From Escherichia coli (GTDB lineage: Bacteria; Pseudomonadota; Gammaproteobacteria; Enterobacterales; Enterobacteriaceae): a stretch of DNA of 23,185 bases. The stretch lies in the NCBI GenBank assembly GCA_022664555.1, contig GCA_022664555.1_4839.1. One strand, written 5' to 3'. A program made the position numbers and the translations under genes. Under the pieces are notes generated by a model that saw nothing but the letters and a program-made list of their open reading frames with translations, did not search any database and was not told the origin of the DNA. Shown one piece after another: positions 7,840 to 15,485 of this stretch (position 1 is the stretch's first letter; each line of letters begins with the position of its first letter).

Positions 7840-8619
7840 CTATCGGACGTATTGATAATGACTAATCAGGCGGTTAACCACTTCAACAATATTGTAATTC
7901 AGGAAGTCGAAGTGATTCTGGCCTTCTACTGGTTTAATATAAAGCATGTCTTCCGAATTCGAAAGATCCAGTTTTTCATAATTGCCCTGAGGAACAAAGA
8001 TGACAAAGATGTTGTTCAGACCACACGGCTCAACATACTTCGGATTGTCATCAATCAGGACATCGCCAGCCAGCATATGCTTTTCGTCGGTGCTGACAAA
8101 CCCGTTGAAGATACCAGGGAACTTATCATAGACAAACTGACGCTTGCTGCGCTCGTGTTCCGGCTCGCACTTCGACACCGCGATGAATTCAACATTGTCG
8201 AAATCTTCAAGCAAGATATCCTTCAGATTTACCAGGAACTCGTAAGCGCCGGGGAGCGGGTTCATCTTGGCGTACAAGTCAGGGCGACGCCACCAGTCCA
8301 TAGGATCGTTACCGCTTGGCACGCGTTGTTTGTGCATCCCCAATTGGACTTCATGGTATAGCCACGCCGGATGCGCACGTTCACGCATCAGAATAGCCAG
8401 GTCGCCAGCATGGGACATATAACACTCTTTGGTAATCGGCTGGAACTGGTATGACTTATGTTCCCCCGTAGCGATAGCAGCGGCGGCGATGTTCTCTTCG
8501 TTGAACCACTGCACCCAAGGGGAGAGGCTGTCGACCAACGTCAGGTCAACATCCACGAGGACGCGATACAGGCCACCGACCTTTGATTTCATATCATAGA
8601 TACAAACCAGGTTGTTCAT
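7840..8619 (-). CDS. 5'(3')-deoxyribonucleotidase-like HAD-family hydrolase (NT5C-like, 259 aa)
   Basis: HAD motif I (VLVDVDLTLVDS), a middle segment (LPGAYEFLV...FIAVSKCEP) and C-terminal AGDVLIDDNPKYVE resembling the NT5C family pattern (VLVDMDGVLAD ... GDLLIDD) as recalled. GAGGAAG SD; ATGA overlap with the downstream gene. Confidence 0.65.
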   Translation of the reverse strand: MNNLVCIYDMKSKVGGLYRVLVDVDLTLVDSLSPWVQWFNEENIAAAAIATGEHKSYQFQPITKECYMSHAGDLAILMRERAHPAWLYHEVQLGMHKQRVPSGNDPMDWWRRPDLYAKMNPLPGAYEFLVNLKDILLEDFDNVEFIAVSKCEPEHERSKRQFVYDKFPGIFNGFVSTDEKHMLAGDVLIDDNPKYVEPCGLNNIFVIFVPQGNYEKLDLSNSEDMLYIKPVEGQNHFDFLNYNIVEVVNRLISHYQYVR

Positions 8620-8957
8620 TTGTCTTCCTCAACTTTATCATAGCCTGTAGCAACACACTGTTCTTCGGTACAATCTGCATACAGAACGACGGAGGCCTGC
8701 TTCACGTAGGTGATGCAGTGGTAAGTTTCGTCTTCCTGGATGGAATCGTCATAGTTGCAGACAGTTTGGAGCGGACCTGGGGTGGCGTTATCCAACGCCG
8801 CATGCGCCTTAATGGTGTCTTCCATCTTGGACACAGCCTGCTCATTGGTGAACGTCGGCGCGTCAAGGTCTACAGTAGAAGCAACGTCCAGAAGGGTGGA
8901 ACACGCAGTGGTAGAGAAAGCCAGAGCGCACACCAGAAGAATCTTATTGAGTTTCAT
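8616..8957 (-). CDS. secreted or lipoprotein-like small Cys-containing protein (113 aa)
   Basis: Track ORF 8616..8966 trimmed to the ATG at 8957 with AGGTGA SD. Signal peptide MKLNKILLVCALAFSTTA followed by Cys; further Cys residues downstream suggest a periplasmic disulfide-bonded protein. Confidence 0.55.
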   Translation of the reverse strand: MKLNKILLVCALAFSTTACSTLLDVASTVDLDAPTFTNEQAVSKMEDTIKAHAALDNATPGPLQTVCNYDDSIQEDETYHCITYVKQASVVLYADCTEEQCVATGYDKVEEDK

Positions 8958-8986
8958 TTCAATCACCTGTTTGTCAAAGGGTTAAC

Positions 8987-9019
8987 AGGGGGAATTATAT
9001 CCCCCTTTGGTTTATTGAA
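8987..9019. terminator. GC hairpin between the DNA polymerase stop and the next gene (terminator or attenuator)
   Basis: AGGGGGA / TCCCCCT stem (8987-8993 / 9000-9006), followed on the plus strand by TTGGTTTATTGAA. The minus-strand U-tract is poor. Confidence 0.4.
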
Positions 9020-12019
9020 TCAACCTTTCTTCTTTTGCATCATGGCAAGAAGGTTCACACGGCGCTTGTGTGACCAGCCGACCACGTCGAGGATAGACTG
9101 AATCGGATCAATGAAGGACTTCTCAAAGGCCGCCTGATAATCCACCCATTTGCCCAGACCAAGCTCCTCGGGGAAGAACTCAGGATATGCAAAGTAATTC
9201 TGGCCGAATGGGTTGCCCGGCTTCAACAACACCATCTGTACCTTATCACCCGACTCGATCATCGGTAGACCCAGATCTTCGTTCTTCTCAACCAGACGGT
9301 TGTAACCCACACAAGCCTTTGCAGCAAAATGAGCACCAGAGATGAACGATCCGTCAGCAGCCACACACTTCTCTATGTCGGACACGCCTGACGCCTTGGC
9401 GATATCGTCTACAGAGAGTTTCATGTACTCCTCTTTGTACTGGGAGATGAGCGTCTGTACTTCCTCTTCGGTGCCGAGTAGGATCTTCTCATAGCACTTG
9501 ACAAGACGCTCACGACACCATTCCGGCGTGGTGGACTTGCGGGCTTCCAGACCTTTGAACTTGATCTTCGGCTTCTCGTACTTGATACCCTCACTGTCGT
9601 ACACGGCCATGGCATACATCTTCTTGGCTCGCCAGACAGCGGCTGACGCAATGACCTCACGCTCCCACACCATGCGCTGTTCAAATCCGTTCATGGTGTT
9701 ACACAGAAGCTGTGCCCACTCATTGGTCTTCGGCTGGTAGTTGTCTTTGATCCATTGGTCGATATTATCAACCATAGCATGATGGTCAGTAACATCAGGC
9801 CACAACTGCTTGACAAGACGCTCAATGCAGATGTAGTTGGAGTCGGTATCCCCTGCGATGACGAAGTCCTGGCCTGTTGTACCACACAGCTTGTTCAGAT
9901 AATCATCGGTGTAACGCTTGTTCCACTTGTTGATCAGCTGACCGGATGTGGTGATGGCTTCGGCAATGTTGAGGTTGAAGTACTCTTTGAACCAGACGTT
10001 TGAGATCGCGCCATAACCTGCGTTCATCAAGATCTTCAGACCTTGCTGTAGGGTATCTTGAGCGACGCCCAGGTCTTCCCACTTCTTCATCACTTCGGTC
10101 AGGGCATCAAGATCAATGTTCTTGTGCTCTTCATACCACTCTGGGTCATAATAGCGAGACTTCATGGCAGACTCAAGATGGAAGTCACCCTTCGACATCT
10201 CTTTACACCAGCCAGCCCACTGCTCATACTTCAGACCCTTAGCTTTCTCTACTTTACGGTCGCTGTAGATACCACGCATGATTTCAGACAGGAACGACAT
10301 CTTCTCGTTGCTGAAGAATTGAACGTTCGGCGTGAACGACACGTTGTAACGGCGCAGGGTTTCAAAGTGGAACTCACCCAGGGCAACCAACTCATCAACA
10401 ACCTGCAGGCGTTCGTCAACCGCACGCAACAGCTTGTCGTGAAGGGCTTTCATCAACCGACGTTTGTGCATCGGCGTTGCCATGTTATTCATCTGAGCAG
10501 CCAGCTCTTCACACATAGCCTCAATGATCTCGCGGCGCTGGTGTTTGTCGCCAACGATAGTCTCTGGACCGAGGTTGTACTGCTGAATGATGTGAGGATA
10601 CAGGGAGTTCAAATCTTCCGAGAAGACCCAGAAGTAGATTCCTGGTGTCACATCCATGACGTATGCACCCTCAAAGTCGGTCGGACCATCGTATACACGC
10701 TGGATCTTAGGCACTACCCCCTTCTCGTACAGGCGATAATAGCACATCGCCAGCCACGGAGCCACAGTGCCCAGACCGTCTTCATAGTTGGACTTGGTGC
10801 GGTACGCAAGGACGAACATCAGCTGGAGCAGACGCAGCTTATGTTCAAGTCGCCATACCAGCTTAACGTCTTTGATACCATATCGGGTGTGTTTGCAGTA
10901 GTCGTTGAAGTACAGATCAAAGAGCGACTTGCTCTCACTGTAGTCCATCTTCTTCTCACCCAGCTCACAATACGCAATCCAGTCAAGAGAGTAGCGTTCA
11001 CGGGTGGTGTACGTGTGTTTCTTGTAGATCTGCATATAATCGAGCATAGGACAGCCCACGAACTGATACGTCGTGATATCGCCCTTCTTATCGCGAATGA
11101 TACGCTTCTTAATGATACCCCAAGGACTCAGACGCGACGTTTCAGCCTCACCCAGAACCTGATTCATGCGCTCAACAAGATAAGGGCTATCAAACGTCTC
11201 AATGTTCCAGCCAGTCCATCCGTCGAACTGACGCTCCGACCAGAAGTCTAGGAACGAGCGCAGCAGATCTTGTTCGGTGGTGAACTCCTGATAAACAACC
11301 TCAAGGCCGCCGATCTCTTTGTCTTCGGTGTCGTATGCGAATTTGTTACGATCTTTGGCACAGGGCATACCCCAGACCATGAACTTATTGGTCGCCATGT
11401 CCTGAAGCTGGATCAGGGTAATGGGGAACGCCGCATTCATGTCTTGGGTGATCTTACCGTTGCTGTCAATGATAGGGAACTTATCAGTGACGTTGTTGCT
11501 GATAAAGGAACTGGGAAAGTGCTCACGGACAAAATCATGGTTGGCCAGAACTTGTTTATGGAAGCGGCGAATGCGCGCCTCATTTCCTTTGAACGTCTGC
11601 TGCTCAATGGTTGGGTGAGGGAATGGACCTTTGGTCATCTTTCCATCTTTCCACCCGGCGGAGAACACTTCGATATCGAGGTTAGCAATATGGATGTTGG
11701 AATAATCCGGCTCAATCTTTCCGGGAAAGCTATGGGCAATGAACTGGTATGCATAATCGGTCTGCCCGTAAATGGCAGCACCCTGGACTTCCTTGTACTC
11801 TTCAAGATAGTTGTCAGCGTCACGCATGGAAGGGAACTGCTTGGCTACCAGGGGTTCATTGAGAAGGCCGACCTTTTCAACATTTGAATAGTCAGCCGTG
11901 GGTAAATAGAGAGTGGGTTCGAATTTCTTTTTCAACAGACGGCGATTACCCATGTCATCTGCAATTCGAATCAACAGGTCATTGCCCCTGCGGGCAACGT
12001 TCGTATAGAAAACGGTCAT
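9020..12019 (-). CDS. 43: family-B DNA polymerase, T4 gp43-like (999 aa)
   Basis: 3-kb track ORF. Exo I motif (ANLDIEVF), polymerase motif A (SEDLNSLYPHII) and motif C (IAGDTDSNYI). The N-terminus (FY...QFPSMRDA) resembles T4/RB69 gp43 as recalled. GGAG SD 6 nt before the ATG at 12019. Confidence 0.95.
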   Translation of the reverse strand: MTVFYTNVARRGNDLLIRIADDMGNRRLLKKKFEPTLYLPTADYSNVEKVGLLNEPLVAKQFPSMRDADNYLEEYKEVQGAAIYGQTDYAYQFIAHSFPGKIEPDYSNIHIANLDIEVFSAGWKDGKMTKGPFPHPTIEQQTFKGNEARIRRFHKQVLANHDFVREHFPSSFISNNVTDKFPIIDSNGKITQDMNAAFPITLIQLQDMATNKFMVWGMPCAKDRNKFAYDTEDKEIGGLEVVYQEFTTEQDLLRSFLDFWSERQFDGWTGWNIETFDSPYLVERMNQVLGEAETSRLSPWGIIKKRIIRDKKGDITTYQFVGCPMLDYMQIYKKHTYTTRERYSLDWIAYCELGEKKMDYSESKSLFDLYFNDYCKHTRYGIKDVKLVWRLEHKLRLLQLMFVLAYRTKSNYEDGLGTVAPWLAMCYYRLYEKGVVPKIQRVYDGPTDFEGAYVMDVTPGIYFWVFSEDLNSLYPHIIQQYNLGPETIVGDKHQRREIIEAMCEELAAQMNNMATPMHKRRLMKALHDKLLRAVDERLQVVDELVALGEFHFETLRRYNVSFTPNVQFFSNEKMSFLSEIMRGIYSDRKVEKAKGLKYEQWAGWCKEMSKGDFHLESAMKSRYYDPEWYEEHKNIDLDALTEVMKKWEDLGVAQDTLQQGLKILMNAGYGAISNVWFKEYFNLNIAEAITTSGQLINKWNKRYTDDYLNKLCGTTGQDFVIAGDTDSNYICIERLVKQLWPDVTDHHAMVDNIDQWIKDNYQPKTNEWAQLLCNTMNGFEQRMVWEREVIASAAVWRAKKMYAMAVYDSEGIKYEKPKIKFKGLEARKSTTPEWCRERLVKCYEKILLGTEEEVQTLISQYKEEYMKLSVDDIAKASGVSDIEKCVAADGSFISGAHFAAKACVGYNRLVEKNEDLGLPMIESGDKVQMVLLKPGNPFGQNYFAYPEFFPEELGLGKWVDYQAAFEKSFIDPIQSILDVVGWSHKRRVNLLAMMQKKKG

Positions 12020-12037
12020 GTAATTCTCCAGGTTATC

Positions 12038-12052
12038 CGTGCCGTTAGCACG
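12038..12052 (-). promoter_or_regulatory. short hairpin in the DNA polymerase 5' leader (possible translational operator)
   Basis: CGTGC-nnnnn-GCACG 5-bp stem about 15-20 nt upstream of the polymerase SD on the mRNA strand. The position is analogous to the T4 gene 43 autoregulatory operator. Confidence 0.3.
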
Positions 12053-12098
12053 TGGGCATATTTAACCATAGAGCCATTCATTGACCAAGGAGTTTATT

Positions 12099-12671
12099 AT
12101 GGCAATCCCCCTCGTTGGTATGATCCCAGGGGCGCTCAAGCAACTCTGGAACCTCGGGACTGATTTGATACAATATAAGAGGGAAGTTGTACAGGCAAAA
12201 CACGACTTCAAGCTGGAGTACATCAAATACTCATCAGATTGTGAGCTGTCTAAGATCACCGAAGTCGGCGTGTCTTGGAAAGACGAATTCTGGACTATCG
12301 TGTTGGCCATACCCGCCATCCTCGTCATGACTGCTCCGGTTGTGGAACTGATTCTGTTCCCTGGTGAGTATCATAAAGGGGATTTCATCAAAGCAGTAAT
12401 CGGTGGCCTTCAGGCACTAGACACCGCACCTGAATGGTATACCTATTCGTTATTGACAGCAATTAGTGCATCATTCGGTATCAAAGGCTACAACCACTAC
12501 AAAAGCAACAGGCGAAAAGCCCAAGCTATGGATGCTCTCAAGCAATTTGGGGTTCGGGTCGTACAGAAAGATCCCACTGTTGTTACTCAGTCGGGTGCTC
12601 CCGATCTTGAGTCTGCTCCCCCAGCTGGGTCTACTGCGACCTCTGGTGCGTGGCCTGATCTGAAGAAATAA
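12099..12671 (+). CDS. membrane protein (190 aa)
   Basis: Track ORF 12081..12671 (TTG start) trimmed to the ATG at 12099 with a canonical AAGGAG SD 6 nt upstream. Two hydrophobic segments (AIPLVGMIPGAL; FWTIVLAIPAILVMTAPVVELILF). Diverges from the polymerase gene. Confidence 0.6.
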   Translation: MAIPLVGMIPGALKQLWNLGTDLIQYKREVVQAKHDFKLEYIKYSSDCELSKITEVGVSWKDEFWTIVLAIPAILVMTAPVVELILFPGEYHKGDFIKAVIGGLQALDTAPEWYTYSLLTAISASFGIKGYNHYKSNRRKAQAMDALKQFGVRVVQKDPTVVTQSGAPDLESAPPAGSTATSGAWPDLKK

Positions 12672-12677
12672 GTTCAA

Positions 12678-12702
12678 GGGGAGGAAACTCCCCTTTCTTT
12701 TG
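12678..12702 (+). terminator. intrinsic terminator
   Basis: GGGGAG-GAAA-CTCCCC (6-bp stem, GNRA-type tetraloop) followed by TTTCTTTTGG, just after the stop of CDS 12099..12671. Confidence 0.75.
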
Positions 12703-12713
12703 GTGTTTAGGGA

Positions 12714-12926
12714 ATGAATGTGGTAAACAAGAGATTGCTCGTCACCCAAGGCGGGGCGACGATAGTACGCGGAAGGATCTATGAACAAACACAGCTGGGC
12801 GATCATAAGACGCGCCTGACTGTTAAGGCTCCCGATGGTGGTTGGCCGACAAAGGTGATTGTCCCAGACGGTCTCATAGAACGAGGGACGGCGACGTACA
12901 GGGGAGCAGAGTTCAAAATTTATTAA
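12714..12926 (+). CDS. small hypothetical protein (70 aa)
   Basis: Track ORF. Start ambiguous: ATG at 12714 has AGGGA only 1-2 nt upstream; GTG at 12720 would give better spacing. Confidence 0.45.
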   Translation: MNVVNKRLLVTQGGATIVRGRIYEQTQLGDHKTRLTVKAPDGGWPTKVIVPDGLIERGTATYRGAEFKIY

Positions 12927-12943
12927 AATATTTATTGAATAAA

Positions 12944-12972
12944 GTTTACTTCTTCAATAACTGGCGTATACT
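12944..12972 (+). promoter_or_regulatory. sigma70/T4-early-like promoter candidate for CDS 13022..13579
   Basis: GTTTAC (12944-12949), 17-bp spacer, TATACT (12967-12972). AT-rich upstream region containing the palindrome TTTATTGAATAAA (12931-12943). Transcription start would be about 40 nt before the ATG. Confidence 0.4.
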
Positions 12973-13021
12973 TCTAATTGTAGTACGAACAAACAACAAT
13001 CTGAAGAGAAGGAAATACATC

Positions 13022-13579
13022 ATGGCAATCGAAATTATCGCTCAATCCAAATCTGGTAAAACTGTAATGTACGGCACTGAAGAAGGCCGCGCAATCACCA
13101 CTCTGGGCACAATTGACGGTTCCAACCCAGTGAAAGGCGGTCGCTACCTGGTTGAATACGGTTCACACCTGCTGATGGTAAGCAAAGTCGATGGTCGTGA
13201 AATCATGATTCCCCGCAAAGAGTACTTCGACTCGCGCATTGAAGCCATGAACTTCTTCCTTTTCCAGGAACGTCACGAACTGTTCGTTGAAGCGAAAGAC
13301 GCAGGCCTGGACGATGCGACTGCCGAACTGATCGCTGAAGGTAAAATGACTCTTGAGGCTGCTCTGGGTGACATGGATTGCGATGCTGAAGCCCATTACA
13401 TCGAATATTCCGCTTATCAGAATGAATGCGAAGACGATCCTGAAGATGACGGCTTCGACCCTGACCTTCACGGTGGCGAGGATGACAATACTCCTTCCCT
13501 GGAAGTGATCATGGCAGGCGGTCAGGCCGCTTGGGAGTGGCAGAACGAAAAGAACGCCTGGCTGGATTCTCACCTTTAA
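13022..13579 (+). CDS. hypothetical acidic protein (185 aa)
   Basis: Track ORF 12842..13579 trimmed to the ATG at 13022 (AAGGAAA SD, spacing about 8). The 5' extension in the track overlaps the preceding gene and the promoter-like region. Confidence 0.6.
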   Translation: MAIEIIAQSKSGKTVMYGTEEGRAITTLGTIDGSNPVKGGRYLVEYGSHLLMVSKVDGREIMIPRKEYFDSRIEAMNFFLFQERHELFVEAKDAGLDDATAELIAEGKMTLEAALGDMDCDAEAHYIEYSAYQNECEDDPEDDGFDPDLHGGEDDNTPSLEVIMAGGQAAWEWQNEKNAWLDSHL

Positions 13580-13589
13580 TGTGAAGAAA

Positions 13590-13620
13590 TAAAGAAAGGG
13601 GCTTAACGCCCCTTTTCTTA
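13590..13620. terminator. bidirectional intrinsic terminator between convergent genes
   Basis: AAAGGGGC-TTAAC-GCCCCTTT stem (GGGGC 13598-13602 / GCCCC 13608-13612, extended by A-T pairs) with T-tracts on both strands. Confidence 0.7.
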
Positions 13621-14076
13621 TTCTTCCCAGAAGTCTTCGTCGTCCCCGACAGCAGCCAGTTCCGTGTCCAGTTCTTCATCGGTAAACGGTGGCAGCACCC
13701 CGTTCTGAATCAGATAATCCATCTCATCGTCTTCCAGCTGCAGGTCGGTGGCAATATACAGCGCTCCACTGCCTTCTTCGTCCGTCTCGATGCTGTATGA
13801 AGTGTATGGCACTCCATTCACTGTAATGATGATAGAGGTCGGATCCTTGGGATCTACGTGCGCCTCGAACGGCACACCATCAATCGGTGCATCTTCCAGG
13901 AAGGTAGCAAGTGCTACGGCGGCGCGGACAACATCAGTGCCTTCAACGCCCGCATAGATCTCTTCCGCGCCTGTCTCTTCACGATCAAACAGCTCAATCG
14001 TGATACCGTCTTGAACACCAGTCCATACAGGGATGTCATTGGTGTATTCTGATTCAAACAATTTGGAGGTTGGCAT
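13618..14076 (-). CDS. hypothetical acidic protein (152 aa)
   Basis: Track ORF; ATG at 14076 with GAGGAA SD 5 nt upstream. Strongly Asp/Glu-rich. Confidence 0.6.
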   Translation of the reverse strand: MPTSKLFESEYTNDIPVWTGVQDGITIELFDREETGAEEIYAGVEGTDVVRAAVALATFLEDAPIDGVPFEAHVDPKDPTSIIITVNGVPYTSYSIETDEEGSGALYIATDLQLEDDEMDYLIQNGVLPPFTDEELDTELAAVGDDEDFWEE

Positions 14077-14101
14077 GTTGGGTTCCTCAGTGGGTTAGCC
14101 A

Positions 14102-14212
14102 TATGGGGTATTTAGGCTTCCCGCTTGGCGAGGCCTGGTTTGTACAGGGCACCTCTAGGAAATATTGGAGGAAGGTTTTCATAGATACCCCACACGGATT
14201 GTATGGGGTATT
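14102..14212 (-). promoter_or_regulatory. intergenic array of ATACCCC(A) repeats, with a late-promoter-like CTAAATAC
   Basis: On the minus strand AATACCCCATA occurs twice (plus 14102-14113 and 14202-14212), with an inverted copy (plus 14185-14194) that forms an 8-bp hairpin ATACCCCA / TGGGGTAT (14185-14192 / 14203-14210). The proximal copy reads CTAAATACCCCATAT about 30 nt upstream of the ATG at 14076. Confidence 0.35.
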
Positions 14213-14221
14213 CAGGAGGGA

Positions 14222-15415
14222 TCAGGAAGGGGTGAAGTCGTTTACAGGAACTGTTTCAGGGATAGCCAGCTCAGGGCATGCTGCCTTCATCGACTCGATG
14301 TACGGCTTGCTACCCACAATCCAGAACAGAGTGTTCTCATTGAGCAACTCGGGCTTGTGTTGCTGAACCCAGGTCATGACCTTGCCTTCATAGCGAGGAT
14401 GCAACTCAATATCGCCCCACTGATATTCCATCAGGTCATTATAACGAACCCAATTAGTGGTATGAAGATCCCAATGGTGTACCTCAAAGCGAGGAAGCAC
14501 GACCTCTGGCTCTTCCTTCTGCCTGATACCACTTAGGAGGCCAGCCAGCGAAACGCTCTTAGAGGCATGCTGAAGCTCCTTCTTGCCGTGTACATAGTCT
14601 GGGTTGTCGTGATAGCGACGGGTAAAGTCGACAATGTGCGGCAGATTGGCATGTTTGCCGATGATGCGCAGACGACTCTCGATAAAGTCCAGACGGTTCG
14701 GACCGATGCCAATCAGATACACACGCTTCAGATTAGGCTTCGGATGCATTGCCAGCCCGGTCAGGATGCTTGTGCAAGAGTTGCACGATCCGGCTGGGAT
14801 GATCAGGTCAGTAATGTGATCAGGAATGTTGGCAACCTGCTCGCCACCCAACATATGGAACCCAGCAATGCGCTCAGGGGAGTGGGCTGTATGGTCGAGG
14901 GTGATACCATACTCCAGATAATACGCCTTTGGATTCTGTTGTTCGATCAACTTCTTACAGCGCGGCTGGATGGTGCTGTTGTAACCCGAGCCGACGAAGT
15001 TGAACTCACTACCAAACCAGGCTGACATTACCACCATTTCATGGTTCATACAGGTGGTGGGTTTGGTCGCGCCGAGCACAGTAGTTGTCTTGCCGCCGAA
15101 GTGCCGAGAGACTGCTGTCGCCATAGGGGACTGCGGACTACCAACGACAGTACCATGGATGATGTCAGGGGAGCCTCCGGCCTTGAGGTGCTCAACCATC
15201 AACCAGATGGCCTGGCGGAGTTTGCTGCCATTGATGCCCTGCTTGGCGTTGGCATAGTTAGACAGCGGCGCAAAATAATCTTCACGCTTGAACCAGACCT
15301 GCTGGTTGGTTTCGGGATTGACGACAAGTTCGCACGGGGTGTGCTTGTAGAGATAGTCTTCCCAGTGAACCAGATTGCGGTCGAGGGAAAGGGTATCGAA
15401 AATGGTCTTGTTCAT
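14222..15415 (-). CDS. PLP-dependent enzyme, ACC deaminase / D-cysteine desulfhydrase-like fold (397 aa)
   Basis: Track ORF 14222..15436 trimmed to the ATG at 15415 (GGAGA SD, spacing 7). WFKREDY...GINGSKLRQAIWLMVEHLKAGG...IIHGTVVGSPQSPMATAVS matches the pattern YIKRDD...GGNKLRKLEFLV...LIT.GAIQSNH of that family as recalled, including the candidate PLP-binding Lys. Confidence 0.55.
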   Translation of the reverse strand: MNKTIFDTLSLDRNLVHWEDYLYKHTPCELVVNPETNQQVWFKREDYFAPLSNYANAKQGINGSKLRQAIWLMVEHLKAGGSPDIIHGTVVGSPQSPMATAVSRHFGGKTTTVLGATKPTTCMNHEMVVMSAWFGSEFNFVGSGYNSTIQPRCKKLIEQQNPKAYYLEYGITLDHTAHSPERIAGFHMLGGEQVANIPDHITDLIIPAGSCNSCTSILTGLAMHPKPNLKRVYLIGIGPNRLDFIESRLRIIGKHANLPHIVDFTRRYHDNPDYVHGKKELQHASKSVSLAGLLSGIRQKEEPEVVLPRFEVHHWDLHTTNWVRYNDLMEYQWGDIELHPRYEGKVMTWVQQHKPELLNENTLFWIVGSKPYIESMKAACPELAIPETVPVNDFTPS

Positions 15416-15423
15416 TCTATTTT

Positions 15424-15463
15424 CTCCTGTAGACATTGGTTTATCATAGTGTATCTACAGGAG
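15424..15463 (-). promoter_or_regulatory. 10-bp inverted repeat that sequesters the SD of CDS 14222..15415
   Basis: CTCCTGTAGA (15424-15433) and TCTACAGGAG (15454-15463) are perfect reverse complements separated by 20 nt. On the mRNA the 3' arm contains the GGAG SD; the upstream in-frame ATG at 15436 lies in the loop. Confidence 0.45.
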
Positions 15464-15485
15464 TATAGAAAAGGAGAATCTCGGC

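Noticed and set aside
7588-8361. 257-aa plus-strand ORF
   Set aside because: Antisense to the HAD/NT5C-like gene and the 101-aa gene, both of which have strong SDs and operon-style overlaps.
10058-11251. 397-aa plus-strand ORF and several other ORFs of 60-205 aa (9421..9684, 9498..9740, 9691..9885, 9755..10003, 10000..10242, 10819..11001, 11270..11887, 11421..11618, 11635..11823) inside the DNA polymerase gene
   Set aside because: All lie within or antisense to the 3-kb polymerase ORF, which has clear catalytic motifs. They have no SD-supported starts and low-complexity, Leu/Arg/His-rich translations typical of antisense shadow frames.
12842-13021. 5' extension of the track ORF 12842..13579 (MADKGDCPRR...)
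   Set aside because: The extension overlaps the preceding gene's 3' end and the promoter-like region and has no SD; the internal ATG at 13022 has AAGGAAA at proper spacing.
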